Part shown: in pieces, positions 28,839 to 42,193 of the stretch
How the letters are laid out: each line of letters begins with the position of its first letter
How positions within the stretch are numbered: position 1 is the stretch's first letter
Source: Escherichia coli
GTDB taxonomy: Bacteria; Pseudomonadota; Gammaproteobacteria; Enterobacterales; Enterobacteriaceae
Assembly: GCF_011045215.1 (NCBI RefSeq)
Contig: NZ_CP049201.1
Length of the DNA: 64,000 nt
Strand: one strand, 5' to 3'
Notes under the pieces: generated by a model
The model's database searches: none
The model's input: the letters and a program-made list of their open reading frames with translations, nothing else
Told to the model about the DNA's origin: nothing
Translations under genes and position numbers: made by a program

Positions 28839-28869
28839 GGCATTCACGCTACATCCGACAAAACGATGT

Positions 28870-28903
28870 CCGCTCTCATCCATTCGATGAGAGCGGTTTT
28901 TTT
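28870..28903. terminator. Bidirectional rho-independent terminator between convergent pheP and ybdG
   Basis: Stem ccgctctcatc / gatgagagcgg followed by TTTTTTT. Confidence 0.7.
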
Positions 28904-28905
28904 AA

Positions 28906-30201
<1,296 letters not shown>

Positions 30202-30260
30202 TTATGCAAATCAGGAGAATCTGAGGGGAAATAGCCGGGCAGATGCCCGGCAAGAGAGAA

Positions 30261-30914
30261 TTACACTTCGGTTAAGGTGATGTTTTGCGGCAGACGAGAT
30301 TTCGGCAGCGTAGCGTTAAAATCTTCAACGCTGTGATGACCTACCGGAACAACCACCAGACTGGTGTAGCCTTTCTCTTTCAGACCAAATTCTGCATCGA
30401 GGATGGCGGCGTCAAAACCTTCGATGGGTACCGCGTCCAGACCCAGAGCCGCCACGCCGAGCAGGAAGTTACCGACGTTGAGATAAACCTGTTTTGCCAT
30501 CCACTCTGCATCATCATGCAGATCTTTACGGTGCATATCGGCGAAGAACTTGCGACCTTTATCGTTCGCGGCTTTCGCTTCCGGCGTGGCAAAGCGGCCA
30601 TCAGCATCTTCCTGGTCAACAACCAGCTTCAGCCAGGCATCGTCCATCGCGGTTTTTGCACAGAACACCACGACGTGCGAGGCATCAAGTATTTTACGTT
30701 CGTTGAACACATAATTACCGGCAGCGGATTTGGCAACACGCGCTTTACCTTCTTCCGTGCTGGCAACAATAAAATGCCACGGCTGGGAGTTGGTGCTGGA
30801 TGGGCTGTATTGCAGGAGAGTTTTGATCTGCTCGGCCTGTTCCGGGGTAAGTTTTTTGCTGGCATCAAATGCCTTAGTGGAATGACGCTTTAAGGCGACA
30901 GAAATGATATCCAT
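30261..30914 (-). CDS. nfsB: Oxygen-insensitive NAD(P)H nitroreductase NfsB
   Basis: 217-aa product from [53 protein letters not shown]... Confidence 0.95.
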   Translation of the reverse strand: MDIISVALKRHSTKAFDASKKLTPEQAEQIKTLLQYSPSSTNSQPWHFIVASTEEGKARVAKSAAGNYVFNERKILDASHVVVFCAKTAMDDAWLKLVVDQEDADGRFATPEAKAANDKGRKFFADMHRKDLHDDAEWMAKQVYLNVGNFLLGVAALGLDAVPIEGFDAAILDAEFGLKEKGYTSLVVVPVGHHSVEDFNATLPKSRLPQNITLTEV

Positions 30915-31007
30915 AAAGACTCCATGTGAAAGTAATTTTGCGTGCCAGCAGATTACAAGGTTCAACGAGAAATGGTAAGCGAGAAAAATGCGCTATAGAT
31001 TTCCGCT

Positions 31008-31376
31008 TTAGCCTGGACGCACTCTTTTTTGATCGCGTTTAGCCAGACCATCAACCACCAGATTCCACGAATCGTTGATCAGATCGCGAAGTAACGCTTC
31101 GGAGATTTCCTCGCCGGGATACACCGAAATCCAGTGCTTTTTATTCATGTGATACCCTGGCTTAATGCTTGGGTATATTTGCTGATTTAACAGGGATTTT
31201 TGTGGATCGGACTTCAGATTGATAAAGGGGACGCCGCGTATCTCCGACGACAGCATAAAAATCTTGCCGCCAATTTTAAAAACATCGAACTCCGGGCCAA
31301 AAGGCCAGCAAAGCTCGACAAAGGGTAACTCAAGGGCCAGGCGTTTCGCCGTTTCGTGCAGTGATTGCTTATCCAT
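31008..31376 (-). CDS. ybdF: YbdF (DUF419-family protein)
   Basis: 122-aa product [55 protein letters not shown]... Confidence 0.85.
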   Translation of the reverse strand: MDKQSLHETAKRLALELPFVELCWPFGPEFDVFKIGGKIFMLSSEIRGVPFINLKSDPQKSLLNQQIYPSIKPGYHMNKKHWISVYPGEEISEALLRDLINDSWNLVVDGLAKRDQKRVRPG

Positions 31377-31440
31377 AAACGTTCCTTTAGGCGAAGGAGA
31401 ATAAGCAAAGTATGCCGCGAAGTACGGCGATAATCGACGT

Positions 31441-31689
31441 TTAATCCGCCAGCGAGAACCAGCGTCGCCAGATAAAGCGCAGAACAAAATACTCAATAGC
31501 GCCCAGCACTAAAAACCACAGACAAAACAATAAAGTGTAAAGCTGACTAAGATCCATCAGATGGAACGTGGTCACCAGTTTTTGTGCCAGCGTAAGCCCC
31601 AGTGCGGGGGCGGGCAGCAGCAGGCAAGAGAGGAAAGCCATCAGCAAAATGCCTGCTGCGGTGGTCAAGGTTTCTAAAGGGTGTTTCAT
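31441..31689 (-). CDS. ybdJ: Small inner-membrane protein YbdJ
   Basis: 82-aa product [72 protein letters not shown]... Confidence 0.85.
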   Translation of the reverse strand: MKHPLETLTTAAGILLMAFLSCLLLPAPALGLTLAQKLVTTFHLMDLSQLYTLLFCLWFLVLGAIEYFVLRFIWRRWFSLAD

Positions 31690-31754
31690 AACATTGTTAA
31701 ATGTAAGTTAAAACACCATTGTCAGGGATATTCTTCTGTAAGGCAATTCCAGGC

Positions 31755-32882
<1,128 letters not shown>

Positions 32883-33322
32883 TTATGTTGGCGTTTTCTA
32901 TTCAGTATAGAAGTCGGAGCGGCTGGGCGAGATGCGGAAGTTCTGGAATGTTTCTTTTTTTGGTGATGGTGAACTGATGGTGCCTGAAGCAATTTGGCTA
33001 CTTTTGCAATGTGACAAGTTATGGCACGGCTGGCTGGTGGCGAAGAATTTTGACGATTGAGGCATGTAGAAAAAACGGGCTCAGCTTCAGTTGATTAAAT
33101 GAGGAGTGAGAAGTCCGAAACAGGATTTACTGTATAAATAAACAGCCATTTTGTTGAGGAAGGGTAAGATAACGGCGGGTGCCTGAAGCTTTCCGGTTTC
33201 AGGTTTACTCTGAGGTCTGGAAAGATGAAGCCCCAGGAGATATTTCTATCAACCCTGGGGCTGCCACTCCAAACCAGACAATTTGGATGGTAGTTCCTTC
33301 TTCGCATGGAGGCAATATAAAC

Positions 33323-33475
33323 ATGCTGACGAAATATGCTCTTGTGGCAGTCATAGTGCTGTGTTTGACGGTACTGGGATTTACGCTTCTGGTCGGAGAC
33401 TCGCTGTGTGAGTTTACGGTGAAGGAACGTAATATTGAGTTCAGGGCTGTTCTCGCTTACGAACCGAAGAAGTAG
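33323..33475 (+). CDS. hokE: Hok-family type I toxin HokE (small membrane peptide)
   Basis: 50-aa product [50 protein letters not shown]; an in-frame upstream-extended ORF (33179-33475) is consistent with a mok-like leader frame. Confidence 0.85.
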   Translation: MLTKYALVAVIVLCLTVLGFTLLVGDSLCEFTVKERNIEFRAVLAYEPKK

Positions 33476-33596
33476 CCGTTGTGCGGGGAGTAATCCCCGC
33501 ATATCCGGTTGTCAGGTCAGGATGGTAAGGCACCTGCTTTACACTTTCGCCCGCGGTCAGTGATGGCTGCGGGCGAATCGTACCAGATGTTGTCAA

Positions 33597-34226
33597 TTAA
33601 TCGTGTTGGCACAGAGTTATGACTATTTTTTCTTTTATCTGCCAGTGCACAGCAAACATCTCATTCTCACGATGAATGATGACCTGCTGTTTATTCCAGC
33701 TAATTATCTGATAGTCCAGAAAACCTGCATCAGTTTGGATCTCACTTGCCTTAAATGCGCTCTCTTTGGCGGAAAATGCCAGTGTCAGCGCCAGAGAAAA
33801 GGCTAAACCGCAGTCTGCGAGTCGCTCGTGTTCTGCTGGTGTAATAATGTTGTCTGTCAATTCGGTCGCTGTTTGCGCAGAAAAAATTTCTTCGATATCA
33901 ACGCCAATCGGTTGACGGGAAACCACGGCCAATGCCGTAGCCCCGCAGTGGCTAATACTGCCGTATACCTCCGCAGGCCACACCGGTTGGCGTAGCTCGC
34001 CGATTGTGGGCACACATTTATAGCCATATTCCCGCAAGGCATAAACAGCAGCGATCCGTCCGGCTAAATGCTCTGTTTTACGTTTACGTCCAGCGTGTTG
34101 CAGTTGTGCGTAGTGCGGCAGCCAGAGTAAATCCTGCTCACAAAAATTCGCCGGATCGAACTCAACAAAATGCAGCGTATGTCCGGCAAAGGGGAGGGAG
34201 GTATGCGTAGTTTTCATATCGACCAT
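33597..34226 (-). CDS. entD: Enterobactin synthase phosphopantetheinyl transferase EntD
   Basis: 209-aa product from MVDMKTTHTSLPFAGHTLHFVEFDPANFCEQDLLWLPHYAQLQHAGRKRKTEHLAGRIAAVYAL... Confidence 0.9.
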   Translation of the reverse strand: MVDMKTTHTSLPFAGHTLHFVEFDPANFCEQDLLWLPHYAQLQHAGRKRKTEHLAGRIAAVYALREYGYKCVPTIGELRQPVWPAEVYGSISHCGATALAVVSRQPIGVDIEEIFSAQTATELTDNIITPAEHERLADCGLAFSLALTLAFSAKESAFKASEIQTDAGFLDYQIISWNKQQVIIHRENEMFAVHWQIKEKIVITLCQHD

Positions 34227-34249
34227 ATTCGAGACTGATGACAAACGCA

Positions 34250-34355
34250 AAACTGCCTGATGCGCTACGCTTATCAGGCCTACATGGTCCTGCAATATAT
34301 TGAATTGGCAAGATTTTTGTAGGCCGGATAAGGCGTTCACGCCGCATCCGGCATG
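34250..34355. repeat. REP/BIME palindromic elements between entD and fepA
   Basis: gcctgatgcgctacgcttatcaggcctaca and tgtaggccggataaggcgttcacgccgcatccggca are canonical E. coli REP units. Confidence 0.85.
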
Positions 34356-34391
34356 AACGACGCGCACTTTGTCAACAATCTGACGTTAGCA

Positions 34392-36632
34392 TCAGAAGTG
34401 AGTGTTTACGCTCATATACCACGTACGTCCCGGCTCGTTATAGGTATACGCCCCGGCACCGGCGATATAGTTGGCCCCTGCCAAATCGCCCGTGGTCTGG
34501 GCATTACCCGCACGCCACAAACGTTTGTCGAACAGATTGTCCACGCCGCCGGTCAGACTGACATTCTTCGTCACATCCCACGTCGCGCTCAGCCCAACAA
34601 TGCTGTAAGGACTAATTTCTTTGGTTTCCGGTCCAACCGCTGGCTGACCTTTATAGTTGTACTTCTTCGGCTGCTGCTTACCGTACCAGGTGAAGGTCGT
34701 TTGCATCGACAAATCTTCTCGTGCCTGCCAGCTCAGCGTTGAGTTCAACGTATACTCCGGGATGATCGACAAACGGTCGCCCGTGGTTTTGTTTTCACTC
34801 TTCAGCATATAAGTGATGTTATTAGTCCACATCACCGTTTCGCTAACCGGTACGTTTAACGATCCTTCCAGACCTTCAACCACCGCTTTCGGCACGTTAT
34901 CCCACTGATAGAGATCGGTGCCGACTGCGTTTTGCCCTACAGCAACATAGCCTGCTTCAATCTTATTGCGATAATCGTTACGGAACCAGGTGATGCCCGC
35001 CAGCCAGCCGTCGCGTTTGAACTCCAGACCAATCTCTTTGTTGATGCTGGTTTCTGCTTTCAGGTCATCGTTACCTTGCAGATAGCAGCCGCCCGCGCTG
35101 GCATAGCAGCCCTGACCTTTACTGTAGAGAATGTAGTTCGGGTTAGTCTGGTACAGGCTCGGCGCTTTATAGGCGCGGGCAATGCCCATTTTCAGCGTGA
35201 AGTCATCGCCTAAACCTTGCGATATGTTCAGCGCCGGGCTCCAGTTATTGCCGACAATACTGTGATGATCGAAACGCAGCCCCGGCGTTACGATGGTGCT
35301 GTCAGTCAGCTCCATGTTGTTTTCGGCAAACAGCGAGAAAATTTCTGCTTTTGAATACGGGCTACGGTCGGTGGCACTCACGCCATCAATAGCGCCACCG
35401 GTATTCGTTCCGGTCAGTGCCTGGGTGTTGGAACTTAAGTCCTTCATCCGTTGCTGATTCCACTCCGTACCCAGCGTCAGCGTCTGGTTAACGAGGAAAT
35501 CAATCGGCAGGTTAACTTCGCTGTGCAGCATCACGTCATCAAGATCGATATCGACGAAATCCTGTGTCGCTTTTTCGTTAAATTTCCCTTCGGTACCGCC
35601 CGCCAGACCTTCCGGAATACGCGAGTTACGGGTGTGTTCGTACTGCACCCAGTTGCTGGTGGTCACGCCGTTATCCCAGCCACCGTTCCAGGTCAGCGAG
35701 TAGTTCTGGCGATACAGGCGGTTGGTTTCATCGCCATATTTCGAGCGAGTGTAAGCGTCAGAGTTGGTGTTCTGGGTATCGCCCGCATACAGGTTACCCT
35801 GGCGGCTGTAACCCGCTTCCAGTTCCAGCGATTGCAATGGCGCGAAGTCCCAGCGCACCACGCCATTAATATCTTTGTTGATCACCCCTTCGCGCCCGGC
35901 TGGTAACGTCGTGGCATACGTTCCGGCACGCGCGGACTGATGACCCTGGTTGATATCCCACGCGTCAGCCTGGGTTTTGTCGAGGTTGCCATACAAGCGG
36001 AAGCTGAATTCGTCGCCCAGCGGACCGGTCAGGCTGAAGTTGGTGCGTTTGGTGGCACCTTCCTCTTTATGTTCTGGCGCATTGAAATATGCGTCCCAGG
36101 AGCCGTGCCACTCGCCGCTGCCTTTTTTGGTAATGATGTTAACCACGCCGCCCGCCGCGCCGTTGCCATAACGCGCAGCTGCCGGACCACGCAGAACTTC
36201 AATACGTTCAATCATTTCAGGTGGCACCCAGGAGGTATCACCACGGGTATCGCGCTCGCCACGCCAGCCCTGACGCACCGAGTTACGGCTGCTTACCGGC
36301 TTGCCGTCAATCAAAATCAGCGTGTTTTCCGGACCCATACCGCGAATATCAATCTGTCGGTTATTCCCACGCTGACCACTGGTGGAGTTACCGGTCAGGT
36401 TAACGCCTGGCATGGTACGGATGATCTCCGACACATCGCGGGCAACGGGGTTTTTGCGGATTTCATCTGCGGTGATGGTCGAAACGCCAGGCGCCTGTAA
36501 GTTCTGCTCGGCGGCGGTAACGACAATAGTATCGTCATGTGAAACAGGAGTATCGGTCGGCTCTTGTGCCTGCGCTACCCCATAAATCCCCAGATTGACC
36601 AACAAGGCCAGGGAATGAATCTTCTTGTTCAT
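34392..36632 (-). CDS. fepA: TonB-dependent ferric-enterobactin outer-membrane receptor FepA
   Basis: 746-aa product from MNKKIHSLALLVNLGIYGVAQAQEPTDTPVSHDDTIVVTAAEQ...; TonB box DTIVVTA; C-terminal ...YMSVNTHF. Confidence 0.95.
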   Translation of the reverse strand: MNKKIHSLALLVNLGIYGVAQAQEPTDTPVSHDDTIVVTAAEQNLQAPGVSTITADEIRKNPVARDVSEIIRTMPGVNLTGNSTSGQRGNNRQIDIRGMGPENTLILIDGKPVSSRNSVRQGWRGERDTRGDTSWVPPEMIERIEVLRGPAAARYGNGAAGGVVNIITKKGSGEWHGSWDAYFNAPEHKEEGATKRTNFSLTGPLGDEFSFRLYGNLDKTQADAWDINQGHQSARAGTYATTLPAGREGVINKDINGVVRWDFAPLQSLELEAGYSRQGNLYAGDTQNTNSDAYTRSKYGDETNRLYRQNYSLTWNGGWDNGVTTSNWVQYEHTRNSRIPEGLAGGTEGKFNEKATQDFVDIDLDDVMLHSEVNLPIDFLVNQTLTLGTEWNQQRMKDLSSNTQALTGTNTGGAIDGVSATDRSPYSKAEIFSLFAENNMELTDSTIVTPGLRFDHHSIVGNNWSPALNISQGLGDDFTLKMGIARAYKAPSLYQTNPNYILYSKGQGCYASAGGCYLQGNDDLKAETSINKEIGLEFKRDGWLAGITWFRNDYRNKIEAGYVAVGQNAVGTDLYQWDNVPKAVVEGLEGSLNVPVSETVMWTNNITYMLKSENKTTGDRLSIIPEYTLNSTLSWQAREDLSMQTTFTWYGKQQPKKYNYKGQPAVGPETKEISPYSIVGLSATWDVTKNVSLTGGVDNLFDKRLWRAGNAQTTGDLAGANYIAGAGAYTYNEPGRTWYMSVNTHF

Positions 36633-36798
36633 TGTTTTATTCCTGCATTTTTGCCACGAATTGCAACTGTCGGGCATGGTCGTCATCAACACGACGCATC
36701 CCGCTACCGCGAAAACCTTTGATCCTGAAAGACACGCAGTGCAGTTGGTTAATTAATGTCCGCGCTTCCCACGGCGCGCCATTACGCTATTGCAAATG

Positions 36799-36827
36799 CA
36801 AATAGTTATCAATAATATTATCAATAT
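36799..36827. promoter_or_regulatory. Fur box(es) in the divergent fepA / fes-ybdZ-entF promoter region
   Basis: aatagttatcaataatattatcaatat resembles the Fur consensus GATAATGATAATCATTATC. Confidence 0.7.
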
Positions 36828-36874
36828 ATTTCTGCAATCAATGAAAAATTGCACAGTAAACATGGGGTTATGGT

Positions 36875-38077
36875 GTGACGGCGTTAAAAGTAGGAAGTGA
36901 GAGCTGGTGGCAGTCGAAACATGGCCCGGAATGGCAGCGTCTGAATGACGAAATGTTTGAGGTCACTTTCTGGTGGCGTGATCCCCAAGGTTCTGAAGAA
37001 TACTCGACGATAAAGCGCGTATGGATCTACATCACTGGTGTGACCGATCATCATCAGAACAGCCAGCCCCAGTCGATGCAGCGAATTGCAGGTACTGATG
37101 TCTGGCAGTGGACGACACAACTCAATGCCAACTGGCGCGGCAGCTACTGCTTTATTCCCACCGAACGCGATGACATTTTTTCTGCACCATCCCCCGATCG
37201 CCTCGAATTACGTGAAGGCTGGCGAAAACTATTACCCCAGGCAATAGCCGATCCGCTGAATCCACAAAGCTGGAAAGGCGGGCGAGGGCACGCTGTTTCT
37301 GCACTCGAAATGCCGCAAGCGCCTCTGCAACCGGGATGGGATTGTCCGCAAGCGCCAGAAATACCAGCCAAAGAAATTATCTGGAAAAGTGAACGGTTGA
37401 AAAATTCACGTCGTGTATGGATTTTTACCACCGGCGATGTAACAGCAGAAGAACGCCCGCTGGCAGTTTTGCTCGATGGCGAATTTTGGGCGCAAAGTAT
37501 GCCCGTCTGGCCTGTGCTGACTTCGCTGACCCATCGTCAGCAACTTCCTCCCGCCGTATATGTGTTGATCGACGCTATCGACACCACGCACCGCGCCCAC
37601 GAACTGCCGTGTAATGCGGATTTCTGGCTCGCAGTACAGCAAGAGTTATTACCCCTGGTGAAAGCTATTGCCCCTTTTAGCGATCGCGCCGATCGCACCG
37701 TGGTTGCCGGGCAGAGTTTTGGTGGGCTTTCCGCGCTGTATGCCGGACTGCACTGGCCTGAACGCTTTGGCTGTGTATTAAGCCAGTCAGGATCGTACTG
37801 GTGGCCGCATCGGGGCGGGCAGCAAGAGGGCGTGTTACTTGAAAAGCTAAAAGCTGGTGAAGTTAGCGCCGAAGGTCTACGCATTGTGCTGGAAGCGGGT
37901 ATTCGCGAGCCGATGATCATGCGGGCCAATCAGGCGCTGTATGCGCAATTACACCCTATAAAAGAATCCATTTTCTGGCGTCAGGTTGACGGCGGACATG
38001 ATGCGCTTTGTTGGCGCGGTGGCTTGATGCAGGGGTTAATCGACCTCTGGCAACCACTTTTCCATGACAGGAGTTGA
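36875..38077 (+). CDS. fes: Enterochelin esterase Fes
   Basis: Product MTALKVGSESWWQSKHGPEWQRLNDEMFEVTFWWRDPQGSEEY... from a GTG start; serine-hydrolase motif GQSFGG. Confidence 0.9.
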   Translation: MTALKVGSESWWQSKHGPEWQRLNDEMFEVTFWWRDPQGSEEYSTIKRVWIYITGVTDHHQNSQPQSMQRIAGTDVWQWTTQLNANWRGSYCFIPTERDDIFSAPSPDRLELREGWRKLLPQAIADPLNPQSWKGGRGHAVSALEMPQAPLQPGWDCPQAPEIPAKEIIWKSERLKNSRRVWIFTTGDVTAEERPLAVLLDGEFWAQSMPVWPVLTSLTHRQQLPPAVYVLIDAIDTTHRAHELPCNADFWLAVQQELLPLVKAIAPFSDRADRTVVAGQSFGGLSALYAGLHWPERFGCVLSQSGSYWWPHRGGQQEGVLLEKLKAGEVSAEGLRIVLEAGIREPMIMRANQALYAQLHPIKESIFWRQVDGGHDALCWRGGLMQGLIDLWQPLFHDRS

Positions 38078-38079
38078 AT

Positions 38080-38298
38080 ATGGCATTCAGTAATCCCTTC
38101 GATGATCCACAGGGAGTGTTTTACATTTTGCGCAATGCGCAGGGGCAATTCAGTCTGTGGCCGCAACAATGCGCCTTACCGGCAGGCTGGGACATTGTGT
38201 GTCAGCCGCAGTCACAAGAGTCCTGCCAGCAGTGGCTTGAAGCCCACTGGCGTACTCTGACACCGGCGAATTTCACCCAGTTGCAGGAGGCACAATGA
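38080..38298 (+). CDS. ybdZ: MbtH-like protein YbdZ (NRPS adenylation-domain partner)
   Basis: 72-aa product MAFSNPFDDPQGVFYILRNAQGQFSLWPQQCALPAGWDIVCQPQSQESCQQWLEAHW...; overlaps the fes stop and the entF start. Confidence 0.9.
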   Translation: MAFSNPFDDPQGVFYILRNAQGQFSLWPQQCALPAGWDIVCQPQSQESCQQWLEAHWRTLTPANFTQLQEAQ

Positions 38299-41200
38299 GC
38301 CAGCATTTACCTTTGGTCGCCGCACAGCCCGGCATCTGGATGGCAGAAAAACTGTCGGATTTACCCTCCGCCTGGAGCGTGGCGCATTACGTTGAGTTAA
38401 CCGGAGAGGTTGATGTGCCATTACTGGCCCGCGCGGTGGTTGCCGGATTAGCGCAAGCAGATACGTTGCGGATGCGTTTTACGGAAGATAACGGCGAAGT
38501 CTGGCAATGGGTCGATGATGCGCTGATATTCGAACTGCCAGAAATTATCGACCTGCGAACCAATATTGATCCGCACGGTACTGCGCAGGCATTAATGCAG
38601 GCGGATTTGCAACAAGATTTGCGCGTCGATAGCGGTAAACCACTGGTCTTTCACCAGCTGATACAGGTGGCAGATAACCGCTGGTACTGGTATCAGCGTT
38701 ATCACCATTTACTGGTCGATGGCTTCAGTTTTCCGGCCATTACCCGCCAGATCGCCAACATTTACTGCGCATTGCTGCGTGGCGAACCAACGCCTGCTTC
38801 GCCGTTTACGCCTTTCGCTGATGTAGTGGAAGAGTACCAGCAATACCGCGAAAGCGAAGCCTGGCAGCGTGATGCGGCATTCTGGGTGGAACAGCGTCGC
38901 CAACTGCCACCGCCCGCGTCACTTTCTCCGGCACCTTTAGCGGGGCGCAGCGCCTCGGCAGATATTCTGCGCCTGAAACTGGAATTTACCGACGGGGAAT
39001 TCCGCCAGCTGGCTACGCAACTTTCAGGTGTGCAGCGTACCGATTTAGCCCTTGCGCTGGCAGCCTTGTGGCTGGGGCGATTGTGCAATCGCATGGACTA
39101 CGCCGCCGGATTTATCTTTATGCGTCGACTGGGCTCGGCGGCGCTGACGGCTACCGGACCCGTGCTCAACGTTTTGCCGTTGGGTATTCACATTGCGGCA
39201 CAGGAAACGCTGCCGGAACTGGCAACCCGACTGGCAGCACAACTGAAAAAAATGCGTCGTCATCAACGTTACGATGCCGAACAAATTGTCCGTGACAGCG
39301 GGCGAGCGGCAGGTGATGAACCGCTGTTTGGTCCGGTACTCAATATCAAGGTATTTGATTACCAACTGGATATTCCTGGTGTTCAGGCGCAAACCCATAC
39401 CCTGGCAACCGGTCCGGTTAATGACCTTGAACTGGCCCTGTTCCCGGATGAACACGGTGATTTGAGTATTGAGATCCTCGCCAATAAACAGCGTTACGAT
39501 GAGCCAACGTTAATCCAGCATGCTGAACGCCTGAAAATGCTGATTGCCCAGTTCGCCGCGGATCCGGCGCTGTTGTGCGGCGATGTCGATATTATGCTGC
39601 CAGGTGAATATGCGCAGTTGGCGCAGATCAACGCCACTCAGGTTGAGATTCCAGAAACCACGCTTAGCGCGCTGGTGGCAGAACAAGCGGCAAAAACACC
39701 GGATGCTCCGGCGCTGGCAGATGCGCGTTACCAGTTCAGCTATCGGGAAATGCGCGAGCAGGTGGTGGCGCTGGCGAATCTGCTGCGTGAGCACGGCGTT
39801 AAACCAGGGGACAGCGTGGCGGTGGCATTACCGCGCTCGGTCTTTTTGACCCTGGCGCTACATGCGATTGTTGAAGCAGGTGCGGCCTGGCTACCGCTGG
39901 ATACCGGTTATCCGGACGATCGCCTGAAAATGATGCTGGAAGATGCGCGCCCGTCGCTGTTAATCACCACCGACGATCAACTGCCGCGCTTTGCCGATAT
40001 TTCCGGTTTACCCCGCCTTTGCTACAACGCCCCGCTTACCCCGCAGGGCAGCGCGCCGCTGCAACTTTCGAAGCCGCACCACACGGCTTATATCATCTTT
40101 ACCTCTGGCTCCACTGGCAGGCCAAAAGGGGTAATGGTCGGGCAGACGGCTATCGTTAACCGTCTGTTGTGGATGCAAAATCATTATCCACTTACAGGTG
40201 AAGATGTCGTTGCCCAAAAAACGCCGTGCAGTTTTGATGTCTCGGTGTGGGAGTTTTTCTGGCCGTTTATTGCCGGGGCTAAACTAGTGATGGCTGAACC
40301 GGAAGCGCACCGCGACCCGCTCGCTATGCAGCAATTCTTTGCCGAATATGGCGTAACGACTACGCACTTTGTGCCGTCGATGCTGGCGGCATTTGTTGCA
40401 TCGCTGACGCCGCAAACCGCTCGCCAGAGTTGCGCGACGTTGAAACAGGTTTTCTGTAGTGGTGAGGCCTTACCGGCTGATTTATGCCGCGAATGGCAAC
40501 AGTTAACCAGCGTGCCGTTGCATAATCTATATGGCCCGACGGAAGCGGCGGTAGATGTCAGCTGGTATCCGGCTTTTGGCGAGGAACTGGCACAGGTGCG
40601 CGGCAGCAGTGTGCCGATTGGTTATCCGGTGTGGAATACGGGCCTGCGCATTCTCGATGCGATGATGCATCCGGTGCCGCCGGGTGTGGCGGGAGATCTC
40701 TATCTCACCGGTATTCAACTGGCGCAGGGGTATCTTGGACGACCCGATCTGACCGCCAGCCGCTTTATTGCCGATCCTTTTGTCCCTGGTGAACGGATGT
40801 ACCGTACCGGAGACGTTGCCCGCTGGCTGGATAACGGCGCGGTGGAGTACCTCGGGCGCAGTGACGATCAGCTAAAAATTCGCGGGCAGCGTATTGAACT
40901 GGGCGAAATCGATCGCGTGATGCAGGCGCTGCCGGATGTCGAACAAGCCGTTACCCACGCCTGTGTGATTAACCTGGCGGCAGCCACCGGTGGTGATGCG
41001 CGTCAGTTGGTGGGCTATCTGGTGTCGCAATCAGGTCTGCCGTTGGATACCAGCGCATTACAGGCACAGCTTCGCGAAACATTGCCGCCGCATATGGTGC
41101 CGGTCGTTCTGCTGCAACTTCCACAGTTACCTCTTAGCGCCAACGGCAAGCTGGATCGCAAAGCCTTACCGTTGCCTGAACTTAAGGCACAAACGCCGGG

Positions 41201-42176
41201 GCGTGCGCCGAAAGCGGGCAGTGAAACGATTATCGCTGCGGCATTCGCGTCGTTGCTGGGTTGTGACGTGCAGGATGCCGATGCTGATTTCTTCGCGCTT
41301 GGCGGTCATTCGCTACTGGCAATGAAACTGGCAGCGCAGTTAAGTCGGCAGTTTGCCCGTCAGGTGACGCCGGGGCAGGTGATGGTTGCGTCAACCGTCG
41401 CCAAACTGGCAACGATTATTGATGGTGAAGAGGACAGCTCCCGGCGCATGGGATTCGAAACCATTCTGCCGTTGCGTGAAGGTAATGGCCCGACGCTGTT
41501 TTGTTTCCATCCGGCATCCGGTTTTGCCTGGCAGTTTAGCGTGCTCTCGCGTTATATCGATCCACAATGGTCGATTATCGGCATTCAGTCGCCGCGCCCC
41601 AATGGCCCCATGCATACCGCGGCAAATCTGGATGAAGTCTGTGAAGCGCATCTGGCAACGTTACTTGAACAACAACCGCACGGCCCTTATTACCTGCTGG
41701 GGTATTCCCTTGGCGGTACGCTGGCGCAGGGTATTGCGGCGCGGCTGCGTGCCCGTGGCGAACAGGTGGCATTTCTTGGCTTGCTGGATACCTGGCCGCC
41801 AGAAACGCAAAACTGGCAGGAAAAAGAAGCTAATGGTCTGGACCCGGAAGTGCTGGCGGAGATTAACCGCGAGCGCGAGGCCTTCCTGGCGGCACAGCAG
41901 GGAAGTACTTCAACGGAGTTGTTTACCACCATTGAAGGCAACTACGCTGATGCTGTGCGCCTGCTGACGACTGCTCATAGCGTACCGTTTGACGGTAAAG
42001 CGACGTTGTTTGTTGCTGAACGCACGCTTCAGGAAGGTATGAGTCCTGAACGCGCCTGGTCGCCGTGGATTGCGGAGCTGGATATCTATCGTCAGGATTG
42101 TGCGCATGTGGATATTATCTCTCCAGGGGCATTTGAAAAAATTGGGCCGATTATTCGCGCAACGCTAAACAGATAA
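38295..42176 (+). CDS. entF: Enterobactin synthase component F (NRPS: C-A-PCP-TE, serine-activating)
   Basis: 1293-aa product MSQHLPLVAAQPGIWMAEKLSDLPSAWSVAHYVELTGEVD...; core motifs HHLLVDG (C), FTSGSTGRPKG and YRTGD (A), FFALGGHSL (PCP), GYSLGG (TE). Confidence 0.95.
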   Translation: MSQHLPLVAAQPGIWMAEKLSDLPSAWSVAHYVELTGEVDVPLLARAVVAGLAQADTLRMRFTEDNGEVWQWVDDALIFELPEIIDLRTNIDPHGTAQALMQADLQQDLRVDSGKPLVFHQLIQVADNRWYWYQRYHHLLVDGFSFPAITRQIANIYCALLRGEPTPASPFTPFADVVEEYQQYRESEAWQRDAAFWVEQRRQLPPPASLSPAPLAGRSASADILRLKLEFTDGEFRQLATQLSGVQRTDLALALAALWLGRLCNRMDYAAGFIFMRRLGSAALTATGPVLNVLPLGIHIAAQETLPELATRLAAQLKKMRRHQRYDAEQIVRDSGRAAGDEPLFGPVLNIKVFDYQLDIPGVQAQTHTLATGPVNDLELALFPDEHGDLSIEILANKQRYDEPTLIQHAERLKMLIAQFAADPALLCGDVDIMLPGEYAQLAQINATQVEIPETTLSALVAEQAAKTPDAPALADARYQFSYREMREQVVALANLLREHGVKPGDSVAVALPRSVFLTLALHAIVEAGAAWLPLDTGYPDDRLKMMLEDARPSLLITTDDQLPRFADISGLPRLCYNAPLTPQGSAPLQLSKPHHTAYIIFTSGSTGRPKGVMVGQTAIVNRLLWMQNHYPLTGEDVVAQKTPCSFDVSVWEFFWPFIAGAKLVMAEPEAHRDPLAMQQFFAEYGVTTTHFVPSMLAAFVASLTPQTARQSCATLKQVFCSGEALPADLCREWQQLTSVPLHNLYGPTEAAVDVSWYPAFGEELAQVRGSSVPIGYPVWNTGLRILDAMMHPVPPGVAGDLYLTGIQLAQGYLGRPDLTASRFIADPFVPGERMYRTGDVARWLDNGAVEYLGRSDDQLKIRGQRIELGEIDRVMQALPDVEQAVTHACVINLAAATGGDARQLVGYLVSQSGLPLDTSALQAQLRETLPPHMVPVVLLQLPQLPLSANGKLDRKALPLPELKAQTPGRAPKAGSETIIAAAFASLLGCDVQDADADFFALGGHSLLAMKLAAQLSRQFARQVTPGQVMVASTVAKLATIIDGEEDSSRRMGFETILPLREGNGPTLFCFHPASGFAWQFSVLSRYIDPQWSIIGIQSPRPNGPMHTAANLDEVCEAHLATLLEQQPHGPYYLLGYSLGGTLAQGIAARLRARGEQVAFLGLLDTWPPETQNWQEKEANGLDPEVLAEINREREAFLAAQQGSTSTELFTTIEGNYADAVRLLTTAHSVPFDGKATLFVAERTLQEGMSPERAWSPWIAELDIYRQDCAHVDIISPGAFEKIGPIIRATLNR

Positions 42177-42193
42177 ATTAACATTATCTATAA

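Noticed and set aside
39045-41967. Multiple 60-190 aa ORFs in alternative frames within entF
   Set aside because: They lie entirely inside the NRPS gene in other frames, with no independent start context or recognisable motifs.
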